From: the human T2T-CHM13v2.0 reference genome, Homo sapiens
Direction: 5' to 3' (one strand)
DNA: 64,000 bases
Assembly (NCBI RefSeq): GCF_009914755.1
Contig: NC_060926.1
The notes beneath the pieces are model-generated. The model was not told where the DNA came from and ran no database searches. It saw only the letters and a list, made by a program, of their open reading frames with translations. The position numbers were made by a program, and so were the translations under genes. Numbering within the stretch: position 1 is the stretch's first letter; each line of letters opens with the position of its first letter. This document shows, piece after piece, positions 1 to 13,003 of this stretch.

Positions 1-224
1 GGAATGTGATATTAACATTAATAGAATAGCACAATAACATTCTAGAACTAAACGAAAATTGTCCTATTCTGCCGTACACTGAGGGCATACCATATCAGAA
101 GTAGTATGTTCACTTGAGCATGTATTATGTGAGAAACAGGCTAAGCTGCTGTAACAAGTAGATGCAAATGTATGTTATCTCAAACACAATCAAAATTTAT
201 TCTCTATCATATAACACACCAGAA

Positions 225-595
225 CGTTATGAACAGAAAGTTTGTGCTCCCTCGAAATTCCTATGTTGAAGCTCTAACCCTTCAGGGATGATATTTGGAA
301 GTGGGGCTTTTGGGAGGTGATTAGGTTTAGATGAAGTCATAGGGTGAACCCCCTTTGAGGGGATTAGTGTCCTTATGAAAAAGGGAAGAGACTGGAACTC
401 TCTTTCTACCACGTGAGGACACAGTGGGAAGGTAGCCGTCTGCAAGGCCATAAAGAGAGACCTCACTGAGAACTGAGCACTGCCAGACCTTGATCTTGGG
501 CTTTCCAGCATCCAAAACTCTGAGAAAATTAATTTCAGATGTTTCAACCCCCAGTAAATTGTATTTTGTTATGGAAGCTGCAATAAACGAAGACA
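225..595 (+). mobile_element. MaLR solo LTR, MLT1A/MLT1A0-like
   Basis: Starts (T>C)GTTATGAAC...AAATTCCTATGTTGAAGCTCTAACCC and ends GAAGACA. Near-perfect 5-bp TSD cagaa/cagag. It interrupts an older MLT1-like fragment starting at ~130. Confidence 0.8.
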
Positions 596-1906
596 CAGAG
601 GTAAGAAGATGTTGCAGAACCAACAGGCAGCACTGCTACACATGGATGTGCATGGACCCGGGGTCTTTTTCTCACATTACTCCATTATTTTCCAGAATGT
701 TCATATAGTCTTCATGTCCACAGCAGGGATTTTAATTATTCTCCAGAATCTATTCTTCCCTTTTTCCTTTAAGTAGTATAACTCTACACATTTCAGCAGA
801 ACAATAATCATCCAGTTACACACTCAATTTCCAAGCTCTTGGGCCAAATGATTAAAGTCATACCCATGGAACGCAAGCAGCAGTGATGTGGGCAACATCT
901 GCTTCTCTCTCTAAAAAGAAGTTTCTTTCATTTTCTACGCTGGAGCATGGATCTGGTGTTGGTGATTCAGGTTAGACCATGCAAAGCACAACACTTAAAC
1001 AATATATTGAGGTCACTTAAGTGTGGTTAGGACAGCATGGTGTTATGTCAAAATGAAGTGCAACAGAAAATTGACCACCACTGAACACACTCAGAAATAA
1101 ATGTTTATTTTCCAATTATTTCTAAGACAATCACAAGCTGGTTTCCCATTAGACTGACCACCTCTGTTATGTTAGAATTCTGCAATGTTCCCTGGGTAGT
1201 CTTTTCTCTTCTACTGAGAACTCTGCAAAATCATAAGCCAGTTGATGGCTGAATAATTGGGTTTTATGATTTCTTCTATTCTCCTTCTACAAAGTCATCT
1301 TAAAAATGAACATTTAACTCACCGTCCAGATAAACCAATTTCATTTTATTAAAAAAGAAAGAAACAAACAAAATGTCTGTCCTTCCTAAATTTTTCTGAA
1401 AATAATTTATTTGTATGAGAAAAAAATGGAAAAGACACAAAAGGAGAGAACCAAACCTTAGTAAAATAGAAACACTGCATGGGAGCAGTCAAAAAGACAG
1501 GAGAGAATATTTGACTTATTAATTCCTTATATATTCTTTCCCAGAATGAGGAACTAGGAAGTCCTCCCTCCCATTTTTCTCTCCTGGAAAGATTAGTCCT
1601 TATACTAGTGTGTTCGCCATTGTTCTTTATACTCACAAAACAGCACAGTGTTCAGCATGAGGGTATAAGAAATTCCTTCTTGCCCCAGGAATTGCCCATG
1701 TCCTGATCTAAGATGTTTCCCTGCAAGAGCTAGCTCAGAGCTGCTCAGAGCTTGCTATGACACTGCTCCAGGACTCAGCGATGAGACTTGCCTTGGTTAT
1801 CCTGGATCCAGAAGCAAGAACGCTGGCACTGAATGTGTCGGTGGGGACCCTGCCAGAAACATACTTCCTGCCCATCACCCCAATTCTTCATGGCCAGAGA
1901 AAATAA

Positions 1907-2227
<321 letters not shown>

Positions 2228-2989
2228 CATTGTCCCATTTAATGAGAAATATCTGTTGTTCTTTTATTCAAGGAGGCTTTCTGCTCCCTAGATATATGGA
2301 CAAGAATTTCAGGACATTAGCTTTTTGTAGAAAACTAGCAGAAATGCTAGGAGAAGTGGCATCTAAATGTGACAACCAATGAAATTATACATTGCCACTT
2401 TCCATTATAATTGTTCTTTACATGTTTATGTTCACATTCACAAAGATGTGAACCAACACTGTTTTAAACTTGGATCTACTGTTAAACCTAAAAAACTGTG
2501 GTCACCGTTTGAGTTGCTATTACCTCCTAACAGATCTCCAAACATTAGCACTTATGATAAACATTTTATTGTACTCGCAGTTTTAGCAAGGACTTGGCTG
2601 GGCTGTTCTTATATGCAATCTTTCATGTAGTGTCAATCAGATTCAAGGGGCTGGAAATATCAACCCATCCTTCAACGGGAGGAAGGTCAAAGGATCTGCA
2701 TATATCTTTAAAAACCAATAGTCACTTTTCCTGAAGACCTTTCAAGAAATAGACCTTCCATCTTTGACTACGCTTGACTATATTTTTCTTAAGTCATTCA
2801 CTCTAAGCCCAAGAAATAAACAGTGTTACCTAACTTGTCAGAAACATATATGCCACGCAAAAATTTCACTCCCTTCTTCCTGGATATATTTTTTATAACA
2901 ATCATTTCATATGTTTGAAAATAGGAAAATTTCAAAACAGACAATAAGCAAATTTAAGTAAAAGTTTACAAATCCTCTTTTTTTCCCCC

Positions 2990-5512
2990 CAAGATGTCAG
3001 GTAGGAGGCAGGGCTAGCATGCCTCTCTCACTTGAAAGGACAGAATGGTATGTGGAGAGTCACACTGTGAACTTTTGTTCCAAGAACCACCACAGGAACA
3101 TACCAGGAAAACTGAAAGCATTCACAGATCCTTTGAAAGAAGCAGAATGCCACAACACTTAAAAATACATTGAGATCATTAAGTGTGGTCAGGACAGCAT
3201 GGTATCCTGGAACATACACCCATTGGCCTGAGAACCACTCTCCCTCCCCGACAGTGGCCACGGCAAGCCCCACGCAAGGAGAGTTTTTGTTCACCTCTTT
3301 GTGAACATAGACGTAAACATCTAAAGAACAATGATAACAGAAAGTGAGAATGTGTGATTTCATTGGTTGTCACATTTGGATGCTGTGAGACAGGTGAAAA
3401 ACTGTGAGTTCCCAGAGTAGGAGAGGGGGTAAACCTGCCTCCAATCACATGTCCCCACTGGGAAATCTGAAAAACCAGATCACAGGAGAAGGTTTTAACC
3501 TCACCTAGAGCTGGAACAAACATAGGGAGCCGAGCAAAATATAAAGTAGAAGCAGCAGCAAATAAAACCTTGTAGACATTCCCAGTCTCCAACTCAAGCT
3601 CAGGGAAGCCATTCCTGATGATATCTCATCGGGGCCCTCAGGGATGGCAGCCAGTGGAATTAAGGAGCGGTAACAGGGTGAAAGAAGCTCCCAACTGAAT
3701 TTTGTGATAATTTCAAATGGGCACGATCCCCCTTGAACAGAATTGGGGGTGAATAAGAACTGTAGCAGATATGAGTGCAGGCATGGGGCACCCACCATTG
3801 CAGCCAGATGGTGAGAGGCATGGCCTAAAAGCGGTGCTCTCTCAGTAAGGAAGCTTATGGCCTGGGGCAGGTCTGAGTTCTGCATGCAGGCTGCCTGGAT
3901 CTAAACCAGGTACTGTTAGTGGGGCACTGCAGGAGTGAGACCAGGCTCAACAACTGCATGAGAGCTGGGTGAGGTCTTTTGCTACCAGCTATCCCCCACT
4001 CCCCTGGTGAACTCTCCCGCACAACAGAAGCAGCCATACTCCCCTCTGGAACATAAAAGCATTGGCCTGAGAACCACCCTCCCTCCCCCACAGTGACTGC
4101 AGCAAGCCCCACCCGAGGAGGTTGTGAGTTCAGACCCACCTAAACTTGCCCCCACCTGATGGTATTTCTCTATCTGCCCTGGTAGCTGAACACAATAGAC
4201 ATAAACTGTTGGGAGATTCGTGGCCATACTCATTGCCTGAGAAACCAGAATATTTCCCTTGGCCAACTTACAGCAAGCTCAAAACCAAATACTACTACCA
4301 CAGCTGGTGCTTTCTTTCAAATGCCACCTCCTGGCTGGAGGCCAATCAACTCAGGCCATAACAGCAACTCTCAGCAGACTAACACTGCTTCCATGAAGGA
4401 AAAAAAAACAGCTAATACCACCACCTGCAATATCCTGGCTAACCAGAGGTCCTGAGTCTGTCCACATGACAACTTCACTGCTCACATAACCAGCATTCAA
4501 GAAAGCCAGCACACTAAGCCTATCTACAACCAAGGAATCTCAGAGCCTACATCACTCCCCAATCACCTCATCAGAGCAGGTGCTGGTATCCACGGCTGGG
4601 AGACCTGAAGACTGGCCACATCACTGGACTCTTTGTAGACATTCCTCAGCACCAGCCTGGAGCTTGGTGGTCTTACTGGGTGGCTAGACCCAGAAGAGCA
4701 TTAACGATCACTGCAGTCTCACTCTCAGGAAGCCCCATACCTAGAGGAAGTGGTAGAGCATCACATCACGGGATCACCCTGTGGGACAAAAGAAACTGAA
4801 CAGCAGACCTTGAGTTCCAGATCTTTCCACTGGTAGGAAGTTTCTCACAGCAGAGTTACAATTGCAGTACTTCGTGCTGTAGGAAAAGTCTGCACCTGTA
4901 CCCCAAAAAGAAGGTAGTATCTGTGATCGTGAAGGACCTTGGAAAAGGAATCCTTGTTTCCCTCTGGCACTCCACTGCAGACACAGCTGGAGTTTCTCCC
5001 ACAGGAATGCGGCATACAGGGACCTATAGACAGCCTTCCTGGAACAAGCCAGGGTGAGCACAGCCCTACAGGAGGAGTACCACCAAGATTCAAGCCTCCA
5101 CAAGAGACAGAGTCACCATTCCTCTCTACTTGGAATATCAAAATTCACATAGATGAAAAGATGTTCCTGTCTCACCTGAATAGCTTAAACTCTGCGTCAG
5201 CAATGAGGCTGTGAGGTGAGTAGCTTTCCTAATGGCCTGGTAGGGGAGCTGAAGTAGCTCCCACTCTGCATCCTGATGAACCTCAGCACATCTAATTGAG
5301 AGCTCCCCCAGCCACCCTCAACAAGGCTAGGACCTCAGCCCGCCATTGGGTATAACTTCTACCCACCTGCTTTAGCTACAACTGGTACTTACCCAGGGAT
5401 ACCTTCCCAATTGGCCAGAAGCCTGAATCATCCATTTGGTAAATAAAGAACTGGGGAAAAATTAAAATAAGAAAGTGTAAACATGAGAGAACAAGATAAG
5501 CTACAAGAGATC
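2990..5512 (+). mobile_element. L1PB-lineage (L1PBa-like) 5' UTR fragment; ORF1/ORF2 absent
   Basis: CAAGATGTCAGGTAGGAGGCAGGGCTAGC...GTGAACTTTTGTTCCAAGAAC...GGAACATACCAGGAAA matches the recalled L1PBa 5' end. It is interrupted by foreign sequence at 3151-3383 and ends at a THE1/MST LTR start at 5513. Confidence 0.8.
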
Positions 5513-5546
5513 TGATATAGTTTGGCTCTTGTCCCCACCTAAATCT
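5513..5546 (+). mobile_element. First ~34 bp of a THE1/MST MaLR LTR (truncated)
   Basis: TGATATAGTTTGGCTCTTGTCCCCACCTAAATCT, compared with the intact THE1 start at 51625 (TGATATGGTTTGGCTGTGTCCCCACCCAAATCT). Confidence 0.8.
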
Positions 5547-6014
5547 TTTTTCTTCTTCTTCTTGTTTTCATCTGCCTTTACTTCTCATTTCAAGGTTTCA
5601 CAAAGTGCTGGGCTCTACCCACATCAGTGATACTGGACTCACCTTCCTCAGACAGAAACATGAAATGATTTTTAAAAAATAGAAAATATTCTTCTCTCCA
5701 GGCACACAAGACTCTACACTACCAGAAATGCTGCGGCTTGCAAAGTGCGCTCCCATGCCCGCGCACACAGGTGCACTTAAATAAATAACACATATGCGCG
5801 CGCACGGCTTTTCCATTTCAAAACACGCAGGGGGTCTGGTGAGTTTCAGCACTTGCTAGGAACAGGCATGTGGCGAGGGAGGTGCCCCGTGGGTGGCACT
5901 GACTGCTGATGGACCCCTGGTGAATCAGAACAGAGCTGGCACCTGAGCTGCTGAGCAGGCGGCTACTTTTGGCTCAGTGGAGTTTTGGAAGACCTTTGAG
6001 AGACCTACAGCATC

Positions 6015-6155
6015 ACCGGGCAGGTCCTGAGTCCACGGCTGATACATTAGGATCACCTGTGGGCTGCTAAAAGCCCGCAGTCCTAGACACATCTGCAGAG
6101 TTGGCTTCTGAAGGCTGGGAGAGGCCCTGGAACCTGCATTTCTAAAGCTGCTCAA
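6015..6155. mobile_element. MER5-like hAT fragment within the retrocopied 3' UTR
   Basis: ACATTAGGATCACCTG...GGCCCTGGAACCTGCATTTCTAAAGCTGCTC resembles MER5A/B. Confidence 0.5.
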
Positions 6156-6342
6156 ATCCAGGCCTTTGGAGGCTTAAGGCTAAGCCTGCCCCATTTCAAA
6201 CTAAATACAGTCAAGAGAGAAAGATCCCAGCACGCCCCCTCGTTCTCACACTTCTGCTACCTGAGCACTCTCACAGCAGGTTCCCAAAGGTGATGGTTCT
6301 GGAAGAGATCTGGCCTCACCCTTTTGTTAAAACCTGCTTTCA

Positions 6343-6705
<363 letters not shown>

Positions 6706-7493
6706 TCATGCATGACCAGGGTGAGCTCCATGAGGCCCAGGTCTCTTTAACATGCCCTGAGGACCAGCACATATACTGCTTTATGGGGCTGGGCCCGATC
6801 TCTCCAGCCGTAGAGGTTTGGTGAGTCGTCTATTATTTTCTTACCTGCAAACAAAATCACTTTACAATAGACAGAGGCGAGGGAATTCTTGTACCCAAGA
6901 CCCACTTGAAAAGTGGAGAGCAAGCATCCCTGAATCTAGAGGGTACCCTGGCCCCCTCGGGGAGCTGCCAGAACTCAGTCTAGAGAGGATGCACAAGGTG
7001 GGTCGCTCGAGCCGATGAGGATCGGGGCGTCCTGTCGGACAGTAGGCACCAGGTGACCGCCAAGTGCTTGGACCCAGGCAGTCTGGCCTGGGAAGAAGGT
7101 CCCCGGGGAGCAGAACAGTCTTTGCTGGGCCCAGATCCACCGGCTGGAAGACTTGGGGTGACCCTCCTCAGCCAAGAGCAAGGTGCAGCCTCGAGCAGCC
7201 CAGCACCGCCGCTGCGCGAAGGAGGCATTTCCGTTTATGGCTGTTTAGCTCCTTAAACATTTCAAGTCATACAGAAATAACTAGTGTAAAAAAAAAAAAA
7301 GGTGGCTGTGTAGGTTCTTTCCCGTGAGGTGCAGGTCAGGCTCTTCAGCCCCTTTAGGACCACCAACGTGCCTGGTCCCCACGACTCGCGGCTGCCTCCT
7401 CTCGGGCCGGGGCAGGGAGGAGCCGCTACTGCCGGTTATCTTCGGACACGTTGTGGGCCAGCCAGTTCACTCGGTTTCCAGCTCTCGCGGAGG

Positions 7494-7648
7494 GCTTCGT
7501 TAAACTTCACTCGGAAGTGCTTCGTTAAACTTCACTCGGAAGTGCTTCTTTAAACTTCACTCGGAAGTGCTTCGTTAAACTTCACTCGGAAGTGCTTCGT
7601 TAAACTTCACTCGGAAGTGCTTCGTTAAACTTCACTCGGAAGTGCTTC
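7494..7648. repeat. Minisatellite: 6 x 25-bp GCTTCGTTAAACTTCACTCGGAAGT plus a trailing GCTTC
   Basis: Units start at 7494, 7519, 7544, 7569, 7594 and 7619. Only one substitution, in unit 3 (G>T). Confidence 0.98.
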
Positions 7649-7873
7649 AGCGCCTCCTCTGTTTTCCCCGGTGCCAGGGAGTCCTTGAGATACCGGATGT
7701 CTTTGGAGCAGCTGAGCTCAGGCAGGCCTGCTGCCTGCATCAGGGCAAAGAGGTGGAGGAAGAGAAGCCCGTGGCGCCGCAGGATGGTGTTAGGCCCTTT
7801 CACAGTAGCCCCGGAACCTTTCAAATTTCTCATATTATTAGTCTTCCCCTGCTCAATCACATGGACAAAGTCA

Positions 7874-8170
<297 letters not shown>

Positions 8171-8173
8171 TTA

Positions 8174-9006
<833 letters not shown>

Positions 9007-9898
9007 TGATTAAAATCATTAATGGTATACAAGTAATCAGTAAGGCATAATAAGTGTATTACATTTTTATAAGTAATTATTAAACATAAATAATTAACTT
9101 TCATTGCAAAGTTATCTCTTATTGAGATAATATTGGGTTGGGGAACAATTACGGTGCTTTGATTAAAGGAACTAATAAATCATATTTTGTTAGGTTCTTC
9201 TCGGGGTTTACCTCCTCGGGGATCAGATTTGCTATGCATGAGACTCATGCTCTTCTCAAATGTGAAGAGTTGATTATGAAAAGGGAAGTTCAAAGGTAGT
9301 CTCCCTCTCAGGTCCCTTTTTGGGCCCATCAACGTTAGGAAATAGTAATATGGAAGTCGAAGTTTTAGAAATTAATTCCCTTACGCCATCATGCATATCC
9401 CCTGCAAAGTCCTCCACACATACACCCCGGAATGCAGAAATCTGCAAGGGAGAGACTATCTGAGGGAAGGTTTGTCCTAATTTCTCTGGGAGAAGAGGCC
9501 AAGGGGCAATTCTGAAATCTGAGCTGGGAAAGGCTTTAGAGTCCCAGAAGGTCAACCAAAAAATCTCTCATGTAAGCACTCCAGGGGCAAGGGTGAGGTC
9601 GGAAAAGCCAGCATAAAGATGGTTTACCAAAAGATGGTAGAACAAGAGGCAAAAACAGGGACCAAAAACACAAGATGTAACTGGGAAAGTAGTTAGATGG
9701 AACGAGTTCATGAGGAACAGCAGGGTGGGGAGGCAGGTGAACAGGTGTTTCCCAGGGAGTCAGCCCTTCACACAGACAGAGACATGAGCCAGCCACCATC
9801 TGCGCCAGAGTCTGAAATCGTACTTCCAGTTCAGCCTTAGTCTGGGCAATGCCAAACCGGAGTTTAGAAGGTACAACCCAATAATTTAAGGGAAGATG

Positions 9899-10312
9899 TC
9901 ATGATGGCTAATTTCCACGTCAGCTTGGCCAGGCGATGGTGTCTCCTTGTTTGGCCAAACACTGATCCAGTTATTGCTGTGATGGTATTTCTTAGATGCA
10001 ATTAACACTGAAATCAGTAGATGTTGAGTAAAGTGGATCACCCTCCGTAATGCAAATGGGCCTCATTCGATCAGTTGAGGACCTTAAGAGCAAAGGATGA
10101 GGTTTCTCATAGAAGAAAAAATTCATCTTAAGGCTATAAAGTAAAACCTGTACCACAGTTTCAAGCCTTCAGACTTGAGCTGCAACATCAACCCTTGCCT
10201 AAATCCCCAGCCTGCCAGCCTGCCCTATACATTTCAGGCTTGTCACTCCCACAATTGGGTGAGCCAATTCCTGAAAATCTCTTTCTCTCTGATTCTCTGT
10301 CTCTCTCCATAA

Positions 10313-10366
<54 letters not shown>

Positions 10367-10519
10367 ACACACATACATATATATACACATATATATATAC
10401 ACACATATATATACACATATATATATACACACACATATATATATATACACACACACACACATCTATATCTATACAAATACATACATACACTATTTTCTGG
10501 TGACCACTGAGTAACGCAG
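9899..10519 (+). mobile_element. MLT2 (ERVL) solo LTR
   Basis: GATGGCTAATTT...TTTGGCCAAACAC...AATCAGTAGA...GGGCCTCATTCGATCAGTTGA...GAGCCAATTCCT. Confidence 0.85.
10313..10490. repeat. (TA)n/(CA)n compound microsatellite within MLT2
   Basis: Read directly from the sequence. Confidence 0.95.
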
Positions 10520-10534
10520 ACATCTTGAATTGGG

Positions 10535-10710
10535 ATGCCTGATTCTAAACCATTTGCCATATGCGAATGCTATGACTGGGCAAGTCAATGGATTTCTCTA
10601 AGCCTCACTTTCTCACCTCAAAATAGGAATACTGCTGACACCCATCGCACTGTATCGTTGTAAAGGATCAGTGAGATCATACACATACAAGTCTTGGCAC
10701 ATAGGAAGTA
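10535..10710 (+). mobile_element. MIR
   Basis: MIR core GGGCAAGTCA...TCTCTAAGCCTCACTTTCTCACC, ending TGGCACATAG. Confidence 0.7.
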
Positions 10711-11199
10711 GTTGGCGTATGGAAGAATTTCATATCCTCTTTCCTCCCTGTACACAAAATTAGCACAGCCTCCTGCTGCCCCACGGCATTCCTTGGATTG
10801 GCTCTTGGTGCATTTTGTGGAACATCATGACACTTGCATGTTTAATTCCATCATCTCAACTAGGGATAATGTTAGTATGTTTCCATGAAAAAACTACATG
10901 GCTTCACAAAACAAAATAGTAATGATAACAAAAAAACTGTTAAAATAAATATGATGCATTATTTCCAGCTTTTCATTAGTATTCATTTGCAACTTGTTCA
11001 TTCATTTGTCACGTGCTAGCACAGAGAAGTAGTAGCAGGTGCCATGATTAAAAATATACGATGAGAGGAAAACTAGAAGTGAGAACATTTTCTCCATTCA
11101 TTAAATTTATTTCTGCCAGTGGGAAGAAGAAATCACAGCTACTTAATGTAAGCTGTAGACACCCCTGTTTAGCTCATGCTGGGAAGAAGGCTAAGAACC

Positions 11200-11440
11200 A
11201 TTGTCCTGCCCCATAAAACACCACTTCATCCAAGAAGGCTTTCCTAATAGACGAGGCTGCTCTTCCTGATACACACAGCTTTCTCTTCATAGTGCTTATC
11301 GCACCTGCAGTAACATAATTCTGTGCATAATTATTTCTTTGATGTTTATCTTCCCCACTAGAATATGAGCTCCACATCCTTTCCCATCCTTTCACTGAAG
11401 GAGTTTCATGATGTGGCTGAGTGCTCAATATATACTTTAC
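11200..11440 (+). mobile_element. L2 3' fragment
   Basis: CTTCATCCAAGAAGGCTTTCCT...TCTTCCCCACTAGAATATGAGCTCC...GTGCTCAATA. Confidence 0.6.
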
Positions 11441-11797
11441 AATGAAATAAATCACATGTCGATTGTTTAACTTGACTTCCAAATCACTGCCAATTTCATC
11501 TAATCACACATGATTCCCTACACACGGCACCCTTGCTCCATCTCCATGAATTCCATCAGAAACTCTGTCTGCACTCCAATTTTCCTATGACACCTCCCAT
11601 CTTGCCCCTACACCTCACTGAACTGTCAGTGTGAATGCCACAGCCCTTTATTGCTCTTAGTGAGTAGACATTCCCCTCAGATCCAGTTATCTTACCTGAT
11701 CCTTGCTTCCTGTAGACAAAATTCCCTGACTCCAACAGCTGCCCAGCTTGGACCTCTTCCCATAAATTATAGCCAGACGCCTCTGATATCCAGCCTC

Positions 11798-11925
11798 CAG
11801 TGGAAAGAGAACTGGGCTTGGAGTTCTCATTTGAATATCTATTCCACTTTTTTGATCTTGGAAGAGTCTCTTAATCTCTCTGAGCCTCAGTTTCCTCAAC
11901 TGGACATCAGAGATAATAACAGATA
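11798..11925 (+). mobile_element. MIR fragment
   Basis: CAGTGGAAAGAGAACTGGGCTTGGAG...CTTAATCTCTCTGAGCCTCAGTTTCCTCA. Confidence 0.7.
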
Positions 11926-11927
11926 AC

Positions 11928-13003
11928 TCTTATTAGCCATTGTTCTGCAGAGAAACAGAACCAATGGGCTGTGTATGTGTGTATACATATAGACATTTAC
12001 ATATACATATGCATGCACATACACATATACATACACATGCACATACACACACACATACATACACATGCAGACATACATATATACGTGCACATACACAGAT
12101 ACACATGCACATATGCATACACGTACACAAATACATACATATACACATGCACATATACATATACATATACTTATATATATACATATGCACATAGACATAC
12201 ATATATGCATGCACTTGCACATATATATGCACATACACAAGCACATACACATCCATACACACATGTACATCCACATCCACATGTATATACTACACATGCA
12301 CATATACCTCCACATACACATATACATACACATGTGGATACACATACACATATGTACACATACACAAATATGTGCAAATATACATAAAATGCACATATAC
12401 ATACACATGCACATGTAATGTATGCACGCACATACACATATACATACACACATATAAATATGCATGTATGCATACATACATATACACATATACATATAGA
12501 TACACATATACATATATACACATATACACACACTTATACATACACATATACATATACGCACACATAAATATATAGATACATATAAATACACTTGTATAGT
12601 CACATACACATGCACATATACATACACATAGACATACACATACACATAAATTTATCTTAAAGAACTGGCTTACGTGGTTTTGGGGGCTGCAAGTTTGAAA
12701 TCTGCAGAGCAGGCCGGCAGGCTGGAGATTCTGGGAGGAGGCGTTGTTACAGCTCAAATCAAAAGAGAGTCTAGAGGCAGAATTCCCTCTTCCTCGGAAG
12801 ACCTTCATCTTTTTCTCTAAGGTCAGGTGATTCAAAGAGGCCCACTCAAGTTACAGACAATAATCTGCTTTATTCAAGGTCTACTGATTTAAGTATTAAT
12901 TTCATTTGAAAAAATACCTTCACAGAAATATCTACACTGCTGTTTAACCAAATATCTGGGCACCACAGCCTAGCCAAATTGACACATGAAACTAACAAAC
13001 ACA
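11928..13003 (-). mobile_element. MLT2 (ERVL) solo LTR containing a large simple-repeat expansion
   Basis: TTCTGCAGAGAAACAGAACCAAT...AGAACTGGCTTAC...TCTACTGATTTAA...CCAAATATCTGGGCACCACAGCCTAGCCAAATTGACACAT. Confidence 0.85.
11971..12647. repeat. ~680-bp degenerate purine-pyrimidine (CATA/CACA/TATA) simple repeat
   Basis: Read directly from the sequence. It is the source of the spurious long M/C/V/Y-rich ORFs. Confidence 0.95.

Noticed and set aside
2379-4139. Apparent paralogous small ORFs (2379-2630 +, 3028-3363 -, 3855-4139 -) sharing peptide segments
   Set aside because: The similarity comes from the local DNA duplications at 3151-3383. There is no coding signature or known family.
7494-7648. 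CRISPR-like array of 25-bp repeats
   Set aside because: The units are head-to-tail with no spacers, derive from PIK3CD coding sequence and sit in primate DNA, so this is a minisatellite.
11896-12835. Longest ORFs in the track (249 aa, 181 aa and others)
   Set aside because: They are translations of a stop-poor simple repeat. The same applies to the ORFs at 10188-10560.
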